Notes: a model not told the origin generated them from the letters alone. Shown: positions 37,254-50,434, counted from the first letter of the whole stretch. The stretch: 63,960 nt of DNA, filler included, from Syncephalis fuscata S228 (GCA_025786725.1; 5 parts of 5 records of this genome joined end to end with filler, not necessarily neighbours in it), one strand, 5' to 3'. Program-made: numbers and translations.

Positions 37254-40070
37254 ATCATGTACATCGTTTAATTTAATAAATAACATGGTCCACACACTTT
37301 TATACTACAACTAAAAGGAATAGCACACAGCACACATTTATTAGTATAAGTAATACAACTAACTAAATAAATTACTGATATTACTGCTAATTGGATTATA
37401 TATTTGTAGTTGTACTAGCATGCTAACTTATGATTCAAAGTAGCATTGTGGCATTGCATTGTCTACAGATGCTATAAAATATAACTAAAAATAGCTTTAT
37501 TGTATTAATAAAGATATGAGCCATGGCAAAAAGAAAAGGCTAGAATTCTAGTTTACATATACATCTCCAGTATAAGTAAATATAGTCAAAATAGTATCGA
37601 GTAAAACGCATAATTTGCGTTGGCTCAAGTTTCCAGCAGTGATCATATTAGATCGCTGAACAGTTAGTAATATATTGATTCTTACAACCTGTGTATACTA
37701 GTACAGTATGCATAATCGTAATTTAGCAAACATTCATCAATGTATGTTGTTCCGTATTAGCAAGTGTTCAGTGAAACACAATGGTATTTACCTTTATAAT
37801 GGTCACTACGTCGTCTCGATAAATTTAAACAAATGTCTATAATATTTAACAGTCCACATGCAATCATAGCATAACAACTGCACCAGGAATGGTCTATTTG
37901 ATGTATGTTGACGACCTAGACTCCCACCCATCAGCGTCGGTCTATACGGTCTTCAGCTATCATAATCACGATGTGCCGTGGATGCTGTTTTACTATTGCT
38001 TATAACACAAGCAATATCAGAAAACTATTCATCCAGGCGACATACATGACTAGATAAACAGAAACGAACAACCAACAACGCTGAGCCCATACCCACGTCT
38101 AGGCCATCTACACACAAACAAGAAATCTAAAATGCAATAACAGCAGTGCAATAGCACACTGTTGCGATATTATACAGCCAACACAGCCACATTGTCATTT
38201 TTACGCAGCTGAAGATAACAACTTAGATGGCACAAACAGTATAGCACCTTAAATCAAAGTTGTGCCAGTAAAGGCGCTTTAACTGCTAAAACAGCAATGT
38301 CATTATGACAACTGCTTAACACCACCCACAAGCAAGGAGTAGTGATATGTATATACGCACACCTGAGTGTACATACAAGCACCATCATACAATACACAGA
38401 GTGTTCTACAGCATAGATTAGGTTGTTTGACATTGTACCATCGACCGTCTCAAGAATTTATATTGACTGAGTGCTCCTTCTAGACAGCTTAAGTATGCCG
38501 AGCAGTTGCATATTGTATGGTTTCACAGGCAAGCAGTTTACAGTGTGCCATATAAATATTTGAATAATACTTAGCATTACAGTCTACGAATGTACAGAAT
38601 GACGGAATGTGTTAGTAATTAGTTAAAGAATAGTGTAGAAATAGAAGGCGTAGTTGAGGTTGTGGATTCAGTGAGTAATGCAAGTGCTTTATATAGGCCA
38701 TTGTATGTATTAGTGTGAAAGCAGGCATGTAATACCATCCAATGAATTGAATCCATCGGTCACAATGAGACAGACAAAAAAGCGGAATAAACCGGCTTAA
38801 AGAAGGGAATGCTGTGTGATATCGTGTAGCGTACATGGCTAACTCACTAAGAAAGCACGTCATTGCAAGACAGAGTGCCACTTTATCCAATTGAACCGTG
38901 CGATGGTTCGGCGAAACAAAAAATGTCCGAATGCGGATGTAGAGCTTACTGGAAAATTATTCAGTGTGTGTGGACAGGCAATGCCGATACGAGTTGCCTA
39001 TCATGGTAGTACAATCGCGGAACTAACTGAATCAGGGTAGCTGCTTTTGAATCGGGGTAACACCTTTTTTAATGAGCGTGCATATACTAGTGCCAGCAAA
39101 TATACAAGCTAATTAGAAAGATTAGCACACTGTGTGTATTGCGTATTAGAATTTAAAAACAATTATGCTATCTATAACATCATCAATTGATGAATATGCA
39201 TGATCAACTTAAAATTAATTAATACCTGACATATTAACTGGTATTTAGTAGCCTTAAATAAAACCAAACACTTTGTTTTTCATAACCAAATTTCTGGGGT
39301 TTTTTCAAAGTTGCGTTCCCGAGTACGTGTAACTGTCCATTTACAGACAGTTTCATCCAGCTGACAACTTTCTTTGTCAAAAAGCCGAACTGTTTAAATC
39401 GGAGTTTAAATTACACTAATGTTGCAACATCGTCCATGTTCATAATCAATTTATCGTACACCATCAATAGTATATGTTTATATAATTTCACATAAGCATT
39501 CTGCTGCATTGTGGCTACAAAATGAGGCTAATAAACACTATTTAATATTCAAATGAGCTGTTGTCTCGTATTGCCTATATCTGCAACATTTTCATAAAAT
39601 TGTTTGGTATTCAAACTCCGATACAAGTAATTCATCATTGGTGCACAGATGATACTTAGAATGTTAAGACCGGAAGTGGGTAAATCGCGCTAGTGTATGT
39701 GCGCGCACTGTTTGTATCCTAATCGATCGATGGCGTTATCGCGGACAAAATCGCAAGTTTAGCTATCAGTAGCTTGGTGGTGTATGTTTCACATACTAGC
39801 CAATTAAAAATTTTAAAATACATCAATGCCCTCAATCAGAGTTACGCAAATATTGCTCTCGCAAATATGCTCTGAATCACATGCAGTGCTTGCTAGTGTA
39901 GCGATATTATCAAAAGTAAAGTGTGTGCGTCAGTTGAAAGCATATAATACTATATAAGCTTTTTCATTTTTTGTAAAGACGTTGTACTTGCTTTTATCAT
40001 ATTATACTTACATTCTGCCTTTATCTTGCAGTATTTAAACAATTCTTGAATATCTAAACTTATATACATC

Positions 40071-42858
40071 ATGGACAGTCCAAGTAATTCACTTAGCTGT
40101 AGCAGTACTACTTCGTCTTTAAATGATTTCCCCTACATTTTACTGCCATCTTCTATTTTACCACTTGTAGCCGAGCCTGATACACACTCCGCTACAAATG
40201 CTGTTGCTTGTGAGCTATCTGTAGCGGCTCAAGCAACAGCAACAACACATCCGCCTACTCTTGCTTCACCATCTGTCGCGCCCAACAATTCAGTAGGAGA
40301 TATTTACGAAAGACTCCCTACTGCATGGGCAGAAATGAGTGAAGCAGAGAAGACAGAAACAGTAGGCTGGGTTGAGGTATTTGGCGTTGAAGGCATGGGT
40401 AAGTAAACACATTATTAATGAATAGTTAAATTAACCATATATCTGAAGAGTTCCTGTTAAAACGGAACAAGCCGTTTACTCTTTCTCAAGACAAAAACAA
40501 GTAAGCTATACAGCGCATAATAATGGGCTTTCATTGCTATATTATGGTTTGCTATTGCATAGCAAATGTATACATATTAGGCTATTCTGGTTTGATTCGA
40601 TATAGCACTAATAGACAACATTGTACAGCTTTTACTGATATAATGGTTTATGTTATTTAGCACAGAAGAAGGTCAGGGGGCCAGCAAAACCGAATACTTT
40701 TGCATATTCATGGTAAGTAGCATATAAATTTGTGTTAAATAGTAATAACAATCATAACACATATTTAGGAGGGAAATACCATGAGATTAAGAGTAAGTAA
40801 TTGCTATGCTAATCAATACTAGTGCTAAATATGCTATTAGAATTTGATGGTCAACAACATCATTGGTAAATACAGTCATTAATAATTATACACAGCGCTG
40901 ACTATGTATTTAGTGGATGGCAAAGAAATTCAACAAGGGCTGGACTATTATAAAAAATAACAGCTATGTCCGACTTGATGAAAATAATAGTAAGTTTTAT
41001 TACTCTACAATAAGCAAGACTAACCATTACTAATACTAGTACTTATGGTATACAAAATCAATAAGCTGGAATTGAGAATTAGCGACAAGAGTTGTGATTT
41101 CGGCACAGTAAGCTAATAGTATTTAGCTATAATAATTTATGACAACTAACACAATGCTAGGTCGTCGGCATCAAATATGCTGTAACAGAGCAGTTGCTTG
41201 GAAGGTGGGTATTTGTCTAATTTAAACTGTATTGTTTATAACTTAGTTTAGTGGCTCTTTTGGTGACGTCTATTACGGGGAAACACGCGGCAATAAGACG
41301 CCCATTGCCGTTAAGATCTGCGACAAGAAGAAAGTTATAAACGCAATAGAAAATAACATTTTAAATAGTTTCAATGAAGAAAAGAATGTGATCACCACTG
41401 CACAAAGCCACTCGAACATAATCAAGCTAGTTGATGCATGCGATACGGAAATGCACAACTATTTGATGTTTGAGTATGCAGCTGGTGGCGACCTGTTCGA
41501 TTATTGCGTGCGCTATGGTCCGCTATCCGAACAGGAAGCCAAGCATATTTTCAAGCAAGTGCTCGAAGGAGTCAAGGTAAGCAACAACTATATTTACTGA
41601 TTTGTTACTAACTCTAAACCAGCATTTGCATAGTAAAGGCATCGTACATTGTGGTAAATTAAAGATGGTATTTATTTACATAACTAACAAAACTATTGTT
41701 GTTGCAATGGCCATCGTTTAGATTTGAAGGTAATTAGCTATGTTAATATATATTAGTTTAATTCTAACCATGCACTAGCCAGAAAATGTCCTGGTTCGGC
41801 GTCCAGTCAAGTATCCGTCTATTTTAATTACGGATTTCGGCACAGCGCGTGAACTTAACGCAGAAGCGCCCATGCTTGATAATATGTGTGGTACCACTAG
41901 CTACATGGCACCGGATGTCATTCTTAGATCCAAGTTTGGAAATCAGCTGGTTAAAAATATAGAAAAGTATGATGCTGATCTGGCAACTATGTTGAATGAA
42001 CAATTCCATGAGCAAGGCTATGGAAAAGAAGCCGATCAATGGAGTCTTGGTCTTATATTGCATTTTATGCTCACACGTAAGTATTTGCAGATTTGGTAGT
42101 TTTGTTAACTTACTGTTTGAATCTAGGCACTCTTCCATTTGAAATTAAAGTCAATAACACATGTTTGATCATATCATCAATATATTCAGCAATCCACTAG
42201 ATTCTGACGATAGCTGGATGGCATATCAACTGAAGGTAAGTAGCTTTATTTAAAGTTACAAAAGAAACTAATGCAATTTATAGCGCAAAACTTAATTGGT
42301 GGTCTTTTAGCTATCGACCGTAACTTGCGCCTAACAGCCGAGCAGGCTTTAGAAAGTGCCTGGTTTACTGAATCGTCAGAAGAATTCAGTGAGTCAGAAG
42401 TAACTCAAGACGTACAAGAAGAAAAGAAAAAGAAGAACAAAAAGAAGAAATAAAAGCCAATAATACAACAGAAGACACTGCCACAAAGGTTGAGCAACAA
42501 CAACAACAAGAAGAAGAAGAAGAAGAAGAAATAAAAGCTGATAATGCAACAGAAGATACAACCACGAAGGTCGAACAACAAGAAGAGGTGGCTATAAAAG
42601 ATGAAGCATCAGCCAAAGAAAAAGAAATAGTAACAAGCGACGCCGAAAAGAAAGTAAGCGAGAACTTAACTGCAACAAACGCGGAAGATAAAGCAGCCCA
42701 AGATCATGCTGTTGTCCCTATGGATCAACATGACGTTAAACGGTCCCACTCAACAAGTAGCAACCAACGTCCTACCAAAAAAATCAAAAACTGTAAGTGT
42801 TTATTGACATGATCTGTTACACGTACTAATTCAACAATTGTCAGGCAATATTTTGTAA
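40071..42858 (+). CDS. CAMK-group Ser/Thr kinase, Mek1/Chk2-like (degenerate FHA-like N-region; HCD catalytic loop)
   Basis: LGSGSFGDVY, AVK, EYAAGGDLFDY, HCDLKPEN, ITDFGTAR, CGTTSYMAPD, GYGKEADQWSLG. Many small exons; apparent 1-nt indels near 40940 and 42430. Confidence 0.8.
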
Positions 42859-42912
42859 ATAGCTTGTTCTACTCAGTATTCATATGTTAAATAAATATTA
42901 AATTTCAATACA

Positions 42913-45081
42913 ACGTGATTAGCATATTTTATGTATGTTATCATAAACTATTTTATACCATTTTATCAACTATTAATGTAATTTGGGAACAAATGAGTAA
43001 ATATAACAGTATTTTGTTTAATTGAACTAAATATTTGTTCTATTGAACATGGGGACGAATGGTGAGTTTTATTCAATGATCAAATCGCTTAATTATACTG
43101 TTTGTTTGGTGGTCAAACGGTTATTTTTAATAACGTTTAATTTATTGAACATGGAACTAGAAGTAATTTATCTCAAGGTCTAAAATACTCACCATTGCAG
43201 ATTCATTATCCAGTATGCATATACTCAGTACGCATATATACTCTATTCAACTATATTATTTCTATTTCACTCCACATTATTATATATAATTTTATATATA
43301 CTAGACGCATTTTAATTATTGTATGTTCCAATAAAGTTTTCTCTCTCCACTCATTACTCTGTATGCGCTATAGCTTCGACATCATTTATCATACACTTTT
43401 ACCATATATTTATTTTATTCTATATCATTCTATACCCGCTTAGCCTCCTCTGTCTAATGTTATTTTTATTTTTGTTCTAACTTTAATATTAATAAACCTC
43501 GACTAATTTCGCTCACTGATCATGCAATATGCTCAATAACGTTAACATAGCTAATGGTCAGTCCAAATCGTATATTTTTTATGTTTTATATCGTTTTATT
43601 GTCTAATAAATACGCTCTACCTATTGCAGCTGTTGTTTTGTTCTAGTCTTATTATTAATAAATCTCAGCTCATCCATTTCATTCATTTAGCAAACTATAT
43701 GTAATTGAAACCTATAAAAATATGATGTACTTCGTATAGCATAGAATAATATATAACAGTATAAACATACACTATTGATAATATAGTTAAATAGAGAATA
43801 TATGCATAATAAATAATAAATCTATGCTGATGAGTATTTGATGACTAATGTCATTCACCACCCATCATCATGTTCAATAAATTGGATGTTATTAAACGTA
43901 GTCATTTGACCATAAAATCACATTAAGTGTTTAGCAGATTGTATAATAATGTTAAACAGCACACAACATAAAGCAGCTTTAAAGAAACTAGTAGAGCAAT
44001 AAACATTTATCATCGATATTTATAAGTTATCGTAGCTTTATTGTAATACTCATTAAAGTTTGTAATTGTTATCGTTTAAAGTTTGGCAGGAATGCGAGTG
44101 TGGCCAACACGATGCCAGCCATCTTCAAATATGCCTTTCAGTCCTCGGTAGGAGTGACCGTCGATGGCTAGTGCTCCTGTGGGTGGCTCATAGCCTGGTG
44201 TGACATCGGTGCGATTCATTGGATTGGATTGTGCCATTGCCGCCAATGCTTCGTAGACTCGGCCGTCCCATCGACCAATTGCGCTTCCTAGACGACTATC
44301 TGAAATATTAAATGCATCAACAAGTGCCAATGCATCTGGTCTTATTTCTTGCAATAGTCGGCGGATAGCTGCTCTAACCAATGGTCCATGTGTCGACTGG
44401 AGGTAGCCGGCTTCCAAATGGTCCCCTAGCTCCCTCGATATGCGAGTTAGCGCAAACAAATCACATAGACGGCTTAGTACGCTATGGATTGGCTGCGGTA
44501 TATCGATCGGTGCTGCTTCTCCAGCTGATGTATGCTCATCAAGTCTAAACTCTGGATAAAGCGCCTCTACAAAGCTGCGCACCACATACAGCTCAGCATG
44601 TGCACGGACAACTCGTTCAACATCGACATGGCATTCTGCAAATGGTGAACCTTGTGTGCGGCGGCGATGCAAGCATGACAAGTGATGAGCTGCGCGGCGT
44701 TCAAATGCGTGTAAATAAAGCTTTGGATTGCGCAAGTCTTCTGCAATAACTACCGTGCAACGGTCATTTTCAAGTTGTTGCGCTGGCACAGATAACATGT
44801 AGCGCTCGTCAACACTAGCAGTATGGGTAGCATCAGCAGCAGATTGCAAATGGTTGTAGCGTCGAAGTAAGATACGAGCTGCTTGTTGGGCCATTACATG
44901 GTTTTCTCCTTCTCCAGTATTAAATTGCAAATATAAAGTTAACAAGTCAGGCAAGCCACTAAATTGGCTGTAGCCATGGCCGCCACATGCACGACGAAGT
45001 GTCTCAAGTGATTCTGCAGTCATGTCTGTAACATAGGATTTTAAAGCGGATGCCGATCCATGAGATTCAGATAATAAAGCT
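42913..45081 (-). repeat. Large inverted repeat, right arm
   Basis: Reverse complement of 35084-37253. Confidence 0.95.
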
Positions 45082-46331
45082 GATGCTACTTCAGGCGATA
45101 GACCTGGTGATATAAGGCGGCGATACAGCTGCTTCATTCGTTTGCCAGTAAAATGGACTGCATATGCTTCACTGATTGGAGTGATAACACGTTGTTGTTG
45201 ACTTTGATGATCTAAAACTACTACTTCAGCGGCATTCTTATCAGTTTCTGAGTGACTAAATTGTCGGCGTACTAATGAATAGCGTGTAGCAATAGTAGCA
45301 CCTTGTGCCAACACTGTACTAGCGCTTGCAATTATGTTAACACGTCCATACAGTAAAGTTCCATAAACGTGTCGCTGATCGTGTTGGCCACGACGTGTTA
45401 GCTCTCCTTTGCGTGTTAATTCTACATGACGCATCAGCATATTAATCCGAGGTATGCGTACTTTCTTTAACGAAAGATAGCCATTATCAATGGCGTTAAA
45501 TCCAATCTTTGGTCCAATATCGCCTGTTTCCACACCAGGAAGCAATGTATGATCTTTGAATGAGCGAAGTTGAACCATAAACGGTAGTACACCAGCACGG
45601 CGATTGCCAGGAAGAATCAGCTGAGCCATGACAACAGCAACATTGGCTGTTTTTCCTAATGCGCCAGGCCACCATTTGACACTGGATAGCGTTGGCGTAT
45701 TAAGTTCGATTTCATCAGTGTTGGGCAAAAAGATGGCTGTTGTTTCAACTCCACGAACATTAGATCCATGAGCCATTTCGGTCTGTGCATAACATCCTAG
45801 GATGCCCCAGTTCTCAGCCAATGGAACCCATATCGCTTGCTGCTCGTCCGTAGCCTGCTCCTTCAATGTTTTAATAAATAAATCATCATTAAGTAGTACC
45901 GGCAAGCCTTCGTATATTTCTTTATAAGCAATGGCTACATCTTTATTAGACCAACGATGTTCCACGCGTAATTTTCTAAATCTCTCCATCATCTGCAATC
46001 CACGAAGATAAAGACCTTCGTGATTAAGATGGTAGCCATGTGTTTTGTCAAATATCGGCTCTTGATTTAGCTGTTGGCGAATGGTTTCAATGCGCTCGGT
46101 TTGTTCAGCGCCACCGTTAAGAATATGCGTAAGTTGGCGTGGCGTAAACGATGCTAGCGAACGCTCACGGGCCAGGTCAGGGTGTTGCTGCCAAGTGCGT
46201 GTTAGTGGTGGTGCATAGCTAGCAGCGTTGGAAGATATAATATTTGGCGTAGGTAATGAGCCAGAGACTGGTGTTGTGCCAGCTTTGGAGGCATTGGAAC
46301 CAGAAGAAGACGACGGTGGTAGTGACGACAT
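44076..46331 (-). CDS. Peroxisomal acyl-CoA oxidase copy 2 (full length, intronless)
   Basis: GCYAQTEMAHGSNVRGVETTA, KWWPGALG, GDIGPK, RYSLVRRQF, CGGHGYS; PTS1 AKL. First ATG at 46331. Confidence 0.95.
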   Translation of the reverse strand: MSSLPPSSSSGSNASKAGTTPVSGSLPTPNIISSNAASYAPPLTRTWQQHPDLARERSLASFTPRQLTHILNGGAEQTERIETIRQQLNQEPIFDKTHGYHLNHEGLYLRGLQMMERFRKLRVEHRWSNKDVAIAYKEIYEGLPVLLNDDLFIKTLKEQATDEQQAIWVPLAENWGILGCYAQTEMAHGSNVRGVETTAIFLPNTDEIELNTPTLSSVKWWPGALGKTANVAVVMAQLILPGNRRAGVLPFMVQLRSFKDHTLLPGVETGDIGPKIGFNAIDNGYLSLKKVRIPRINMLMRHVELTRKGELTRRGQHDQRHVYGTLLYGRVNIIASASTVLAQGATIATRYSLVRRQFSHSETDKNAAEVVVLDHQSQQQRVITPISEAYAVHFTGKRMKQLYRRLISPGLSPEVASALLSESHGSASALKSYVTDMTAESLETLRRACGGHGYSQFSGLPDLLTLYLQFNTGEGENHVMAQQAARILLRRYNHLQSAADATHTASVDERYMLSVPAQQLENDRCTVVIAEDLRNPKLYLHAFERRAAHHLSCLHRRRTQGSPFAECHVDVERVVRAHAELYVVRSFVEALYPEFRLDEHTSAGEAAPIDIPQPIHSVLSRLCDLFALTRISRELGDHLEAGYLQSTHGPLVRAAIRRLLQEIRPDALALVDAFNISDSRLGSAIGRWDGRVYEALAAMAQSNPMNRTDVTPGYEPPTGALAIDGHSYRGLKGIFEDGWHRVGHTRIPAKL

Positions 46332-47517
46332 AGTAATAAACAAGTAAAACGCAATATGAAAACAAGGCACAAATGTACTGCAGTAATAGTTTGAAAATAG
46401 ATATATATGCCGCACAAAGCCTATCATCCTTTAGTGTGACCATTGCTATGGCTTTATTAGTATACATGTAATTAAAAACAGCTTTCGCAGATCTATAACC
46501 ATTTTAAATGTCGAAAGCAATTAAGCTTGACAAGATTATAGTTGTGTTCTGATACGAATACTGTTGGAGACATGGCTCAACGTAAATTACACACTTGATT
46601 CCATATTATTGCATTTTATTTATATTTATAGTAAAGATGTAGTCGTAAGCTAAAGGCTTTTATTTTAATTTGTGTTTATGTCTTTGTCAGTATAAAACGA
46701 AACACTTTTGTCATATGCTATGAATCTTATGAATAGTGTATGTGTTTACATTGTCGCCTCTGGCCATACGTAGCCGGATGGCATGATAGCTATGGCGTCG
46801 AGAAGAAAGCGTTATGATACCTGTTTTACATCAAATAGTCAAATTGCGTAACACAGAAATCTAAATCGGTAGATGGATTTCTACACATATATGCAAAACT
46901 ACTGGTATCGCCACACCATTAGTGTAATTGTCGAATAATTGGAAACAAAGTCTAGACCGAGTATTGACATGTTGCCAATACATTGGGATGTTTGTAATTT
47001 ATGCCATCATGTAAATGTGTTATTATTGGCCACATTGCATTTCAATAATATATCTATGCAACACAGCATATTTAAAACAAGTTAAATGTATATAAATCAA
47101 ATTAAATAATACTTTATAGAAGTGACCTAGCTATGAAATATGAAGAATGCTGTTTATTAATTATATGCATGAGTACTTAATAAGTGCAACTATTATAGCA
47201 AAGACTCTATCTGAAGTCATTAGATCTACATGGTAACCTTGTATATGCAATAGGGAAATTTCGCCTTTTTCACAGATCATAAATTATGAATCAGACCATA
47301 GCGGAAATAATACGTATAGCCTAGATTGTAACATACATTTCATGGTATTGGTATTTTAGAATAACCAAGGGCTTAAATAGCCCACAAAATATACACAAAT
47401 AATTAGTGGTATCATCATCGCACGCTACTTTCTATCAAATTCTCATTGCTATCTACTTTTTACTAAGCACGCACACTTTTCCATCCTATTCGTTTGTTCT
47501 AACAAATCAATATCAGC

Positions 47518-47622
47518 ATAAAGCTTTCTATTGCTACCGTCTGCATCATTGCCATGGTTCTTGTGGCCACTACAGCCATGGTAGATTCTAAGTCGAATCT
47601 AATTGGTCATAGCGTGTTTTAA
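47518..47622 (+). pseudogene. Relic of a secreted-protein gene (signal peptide only)
   Basis: ATA-AAG-CTT... reads (I)KLSIATVCIIAMVLVATTAMVDSKSNLIGHSVF*, a signal-peptide pattern with ATG apparently mutated to ATA. Confidence 0.4.
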
Positions 47623-48776
47623 TAATAATTATAAAAGCTAGGTATTTACTAATATGCTGAATCGATGCTAATAGGAAGTAAACTATAATAAAGGTAGCTA
47701 ATAGCCGCCTAATTAAATATTATTTATTTATCAAAATGTTTATTAATAAATAGTAAGCGATATTGTATACTAATTGACTCTGTACTAATCAGATTCTATG
47801 CACTATGTATAAACACTTTTATTGATAGCTTGTAAGTAAAACATCATAGTAACTAGCTATATATTAATTACACAATACACATTGTGCATATCAACAATTC
47901 AATACTAATAGTCTGTAAGTGGTATTGTATAATAAGTTACAAATATGTATATAGGCAACCATTAACTCGCGCTTTCAAGACGTTAGCATTAGTGGTGTAA
48001 TTGAACTGCTAGTTCAACATACTTTAGGTATATCTTCGGCAGAAAACAAGCTTATCCGACAGCTGCCGATCAGCTTATTCATATACCAAGTTCCAATCAA
48101 TGTCTTGATTTATTCGTCTTTTAATCCATGGCGTTATTATATTACCAACAAGTCTGCATTTATATGTGGTTATTCAGCTACGTGAACTTTAGTAATAAAC
48201 ACATGATTTATTTTAGTTATGTTTGAATAAGCTATTATATCTATGTCTAAATTTATTTGTATCTAACAATCATCAACTATTAGTCAAGCAAAACTACCAA
48301 CATCAAGCTTGTGCAAATACTTGATTACAAATATGAATCGACATGACTGCAGTAATATCCTTGTTCGAATAACAACTCTGTGTAGGGGTGTTTTAACAAT
48401 ACATGCTGATAGTGTAGTTGATTATATTCGTTTGCAATTATACGACTTATATTACCAGGATCATCACCACTATACAACTAATATTAGCATATTGAAATTA
48501 TTATAATAACAGCTCCAATCGAACAACAATCGAACAACATGCCTTGCCACTTTTATTGTCAAAAGAAAAATAAACAGCGGAATAGCACCATAACAATAAA
48601 ACTAGAATTTGGTTAGCATACTACCTTTTAATGGACTGTTGCTTATTTTGCAAATAAATAAATATATATAGCACAATTGAAGCCTAAATGACAATGCAGT
48701 ATTGCCATTTATACTAATATTATTACACGCTTTATCTTTTATAAACAATTTATTGACCGTTTATTACGATTTGAAA

Positions 48777-50334
48777 TCAAAGTTCATCGTGTTCATCGGA
48801 TGCTGTCGTTGATGATACATCACGCTGATCTTCACTGCTGCTTGTATCTCCATTGGCATCATGTTTCTTTGCTTTCTTCGTTGATTCACCGGCTAACTGC
48901 TGTGCAAATGCTGTAATCTCCGCATCATACTCGGACCATTCGGGTAGTTGACGTCGAGCGCGGTCAAGTTTCGGCTCCTTGGTCAATGGGTTGTTACAAA
49001 GATCAATTGTCTTGGCCTTGGCAAGTGACTCGTCGCTGCACCACGTCTCGCACCACAGCCATTCTTGCGGCAATGAATGGATTGGCACGTCGTCTTGAAG
49101 GTTATTCGGTAGATCTTGATCGAGATTGGCCAATGAATTAGGATCAGCGCTAAGTGCTTGATACTGACCACGTAGAATATCACCGGCGGCCATTGTACGG
49201 AATTGACGTAAATCTACAACGTACAATGCTGAAATGTGATAAGGCTTGCCACGTAAATGGTTTTTCCAATAGCCATCGTTCCAAAATCGGAATTGATCCA
49301 TTTCTTTGCGATCTGAACAGAATGGTGTGTAGCCATAGGGCGCACCTTTCAAATCAAGATCAACCAATGTTTGTAGATCAGTACGTACAATCTATCACAG
49401 TCAAATAAATGAATCAATAATGCTTAATTCAACGTTATTTCTCTTACCTGGTCAGCATCAACAAAAATGACCTTATTAAGATCCAAGGGGAATAAGACGT
49501 CAAGGAATAGAATCTTATAGCCCCAAATCTTACGCTGCTTTTCGGATTGCTTTCTAAGCCAGTGTGGCCATTGATAAGTAATCAGTTCATATTGAAACTC
49601 GAATTTGGTTGAAAGATGCGGTAAAAAGTCTTTAAAGGCTGGTGATAAAAAGTCTTCAATAAACCAAAACTTTACGGTAGACTTTGTGTGCTTCATTACA
49701 CTGGCTATCATGACCGACAAGAATCGTTCGTATAAATGGCCAGATGCCACTGAAAATATATTAATATCGGCTGATGGCGTTGGTGGTGATACAGCCGCCT
49801 CCTTTCCTTTATGTCCACCCAGCCATTCAGGTACATGATCTTTTAATGAGTCTATAATGCCATGTTCTGCTGACTCTTTTTCAATAGGTGCAAGTAGTTC
49901 TTTTGCTTCATAGCCAGGATTTTCTTTACAATTGGGAATAAGACTGCACCTTCAAAACTGTCGATTATCACTCGTGTATTGGCTATATTATCGGTGCCCT
50001 TGTTGGCCTGTAGTAATTTATCGCCATCTTCATCCTCAAAAGCACCCCACATATTGTCTTCAATACGTATAAGATGATAGAATTCGGATGAACGACCTTT
50101 TCGTAACGCTAGATTATAGACACCAGGTGGTGCTCTCAATTGGAAGTAGCCAAGATTGGCCATAACAATAGTACCGCCTTGATCGGGATTCAACACAAGC
50201 TGGATACCGCGTGGATTATCGGGTGTTATGTCACGTACATGACCTTCAACCAGTATATGGGATAGTGTAAATGTGGCATCCACTGATTGTGCTGATTTTG
50301 CCAATCGAATATTGTCAAGGTCATGTTGTGATTC
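48777..50334 (-). CDS. UGGT: UDP-glucose:glycoprotein glucosyltransferase (UGGT), C-terminal GT24 part; 5' end lost in gap
   Basis: [59 protein letters not shown]-terminal HDEL. Intron ~49392-49448; 1-nt indel at ~49920. Confidence 0.95.
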
Positions 50335-50434
50335 NNNNNNNNNNNNNNNNNNNNNNNNNNNNNNNNNNNNNNNNNNNNTTAATTAATTAANNNNNNNNNN
50401 NNNNNNNNNNNNNNNNNNNNNNNNNNNNNNNNNN
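50335..50434. other. Artificial contig spacer
   Basis: N44-TTAATTAATTAA-N44. Confidence 0.97.

Noticed and set aside
49852-49930. Programmed frameshift or pseudogene in UGGT (similar indels in COX5, the kinase, the zinc-finger gene and RNase H)
   Set aside because: Single-base indels, mostly in homopolymers, across several conserved genes point to consensus errors; needs read polishing.
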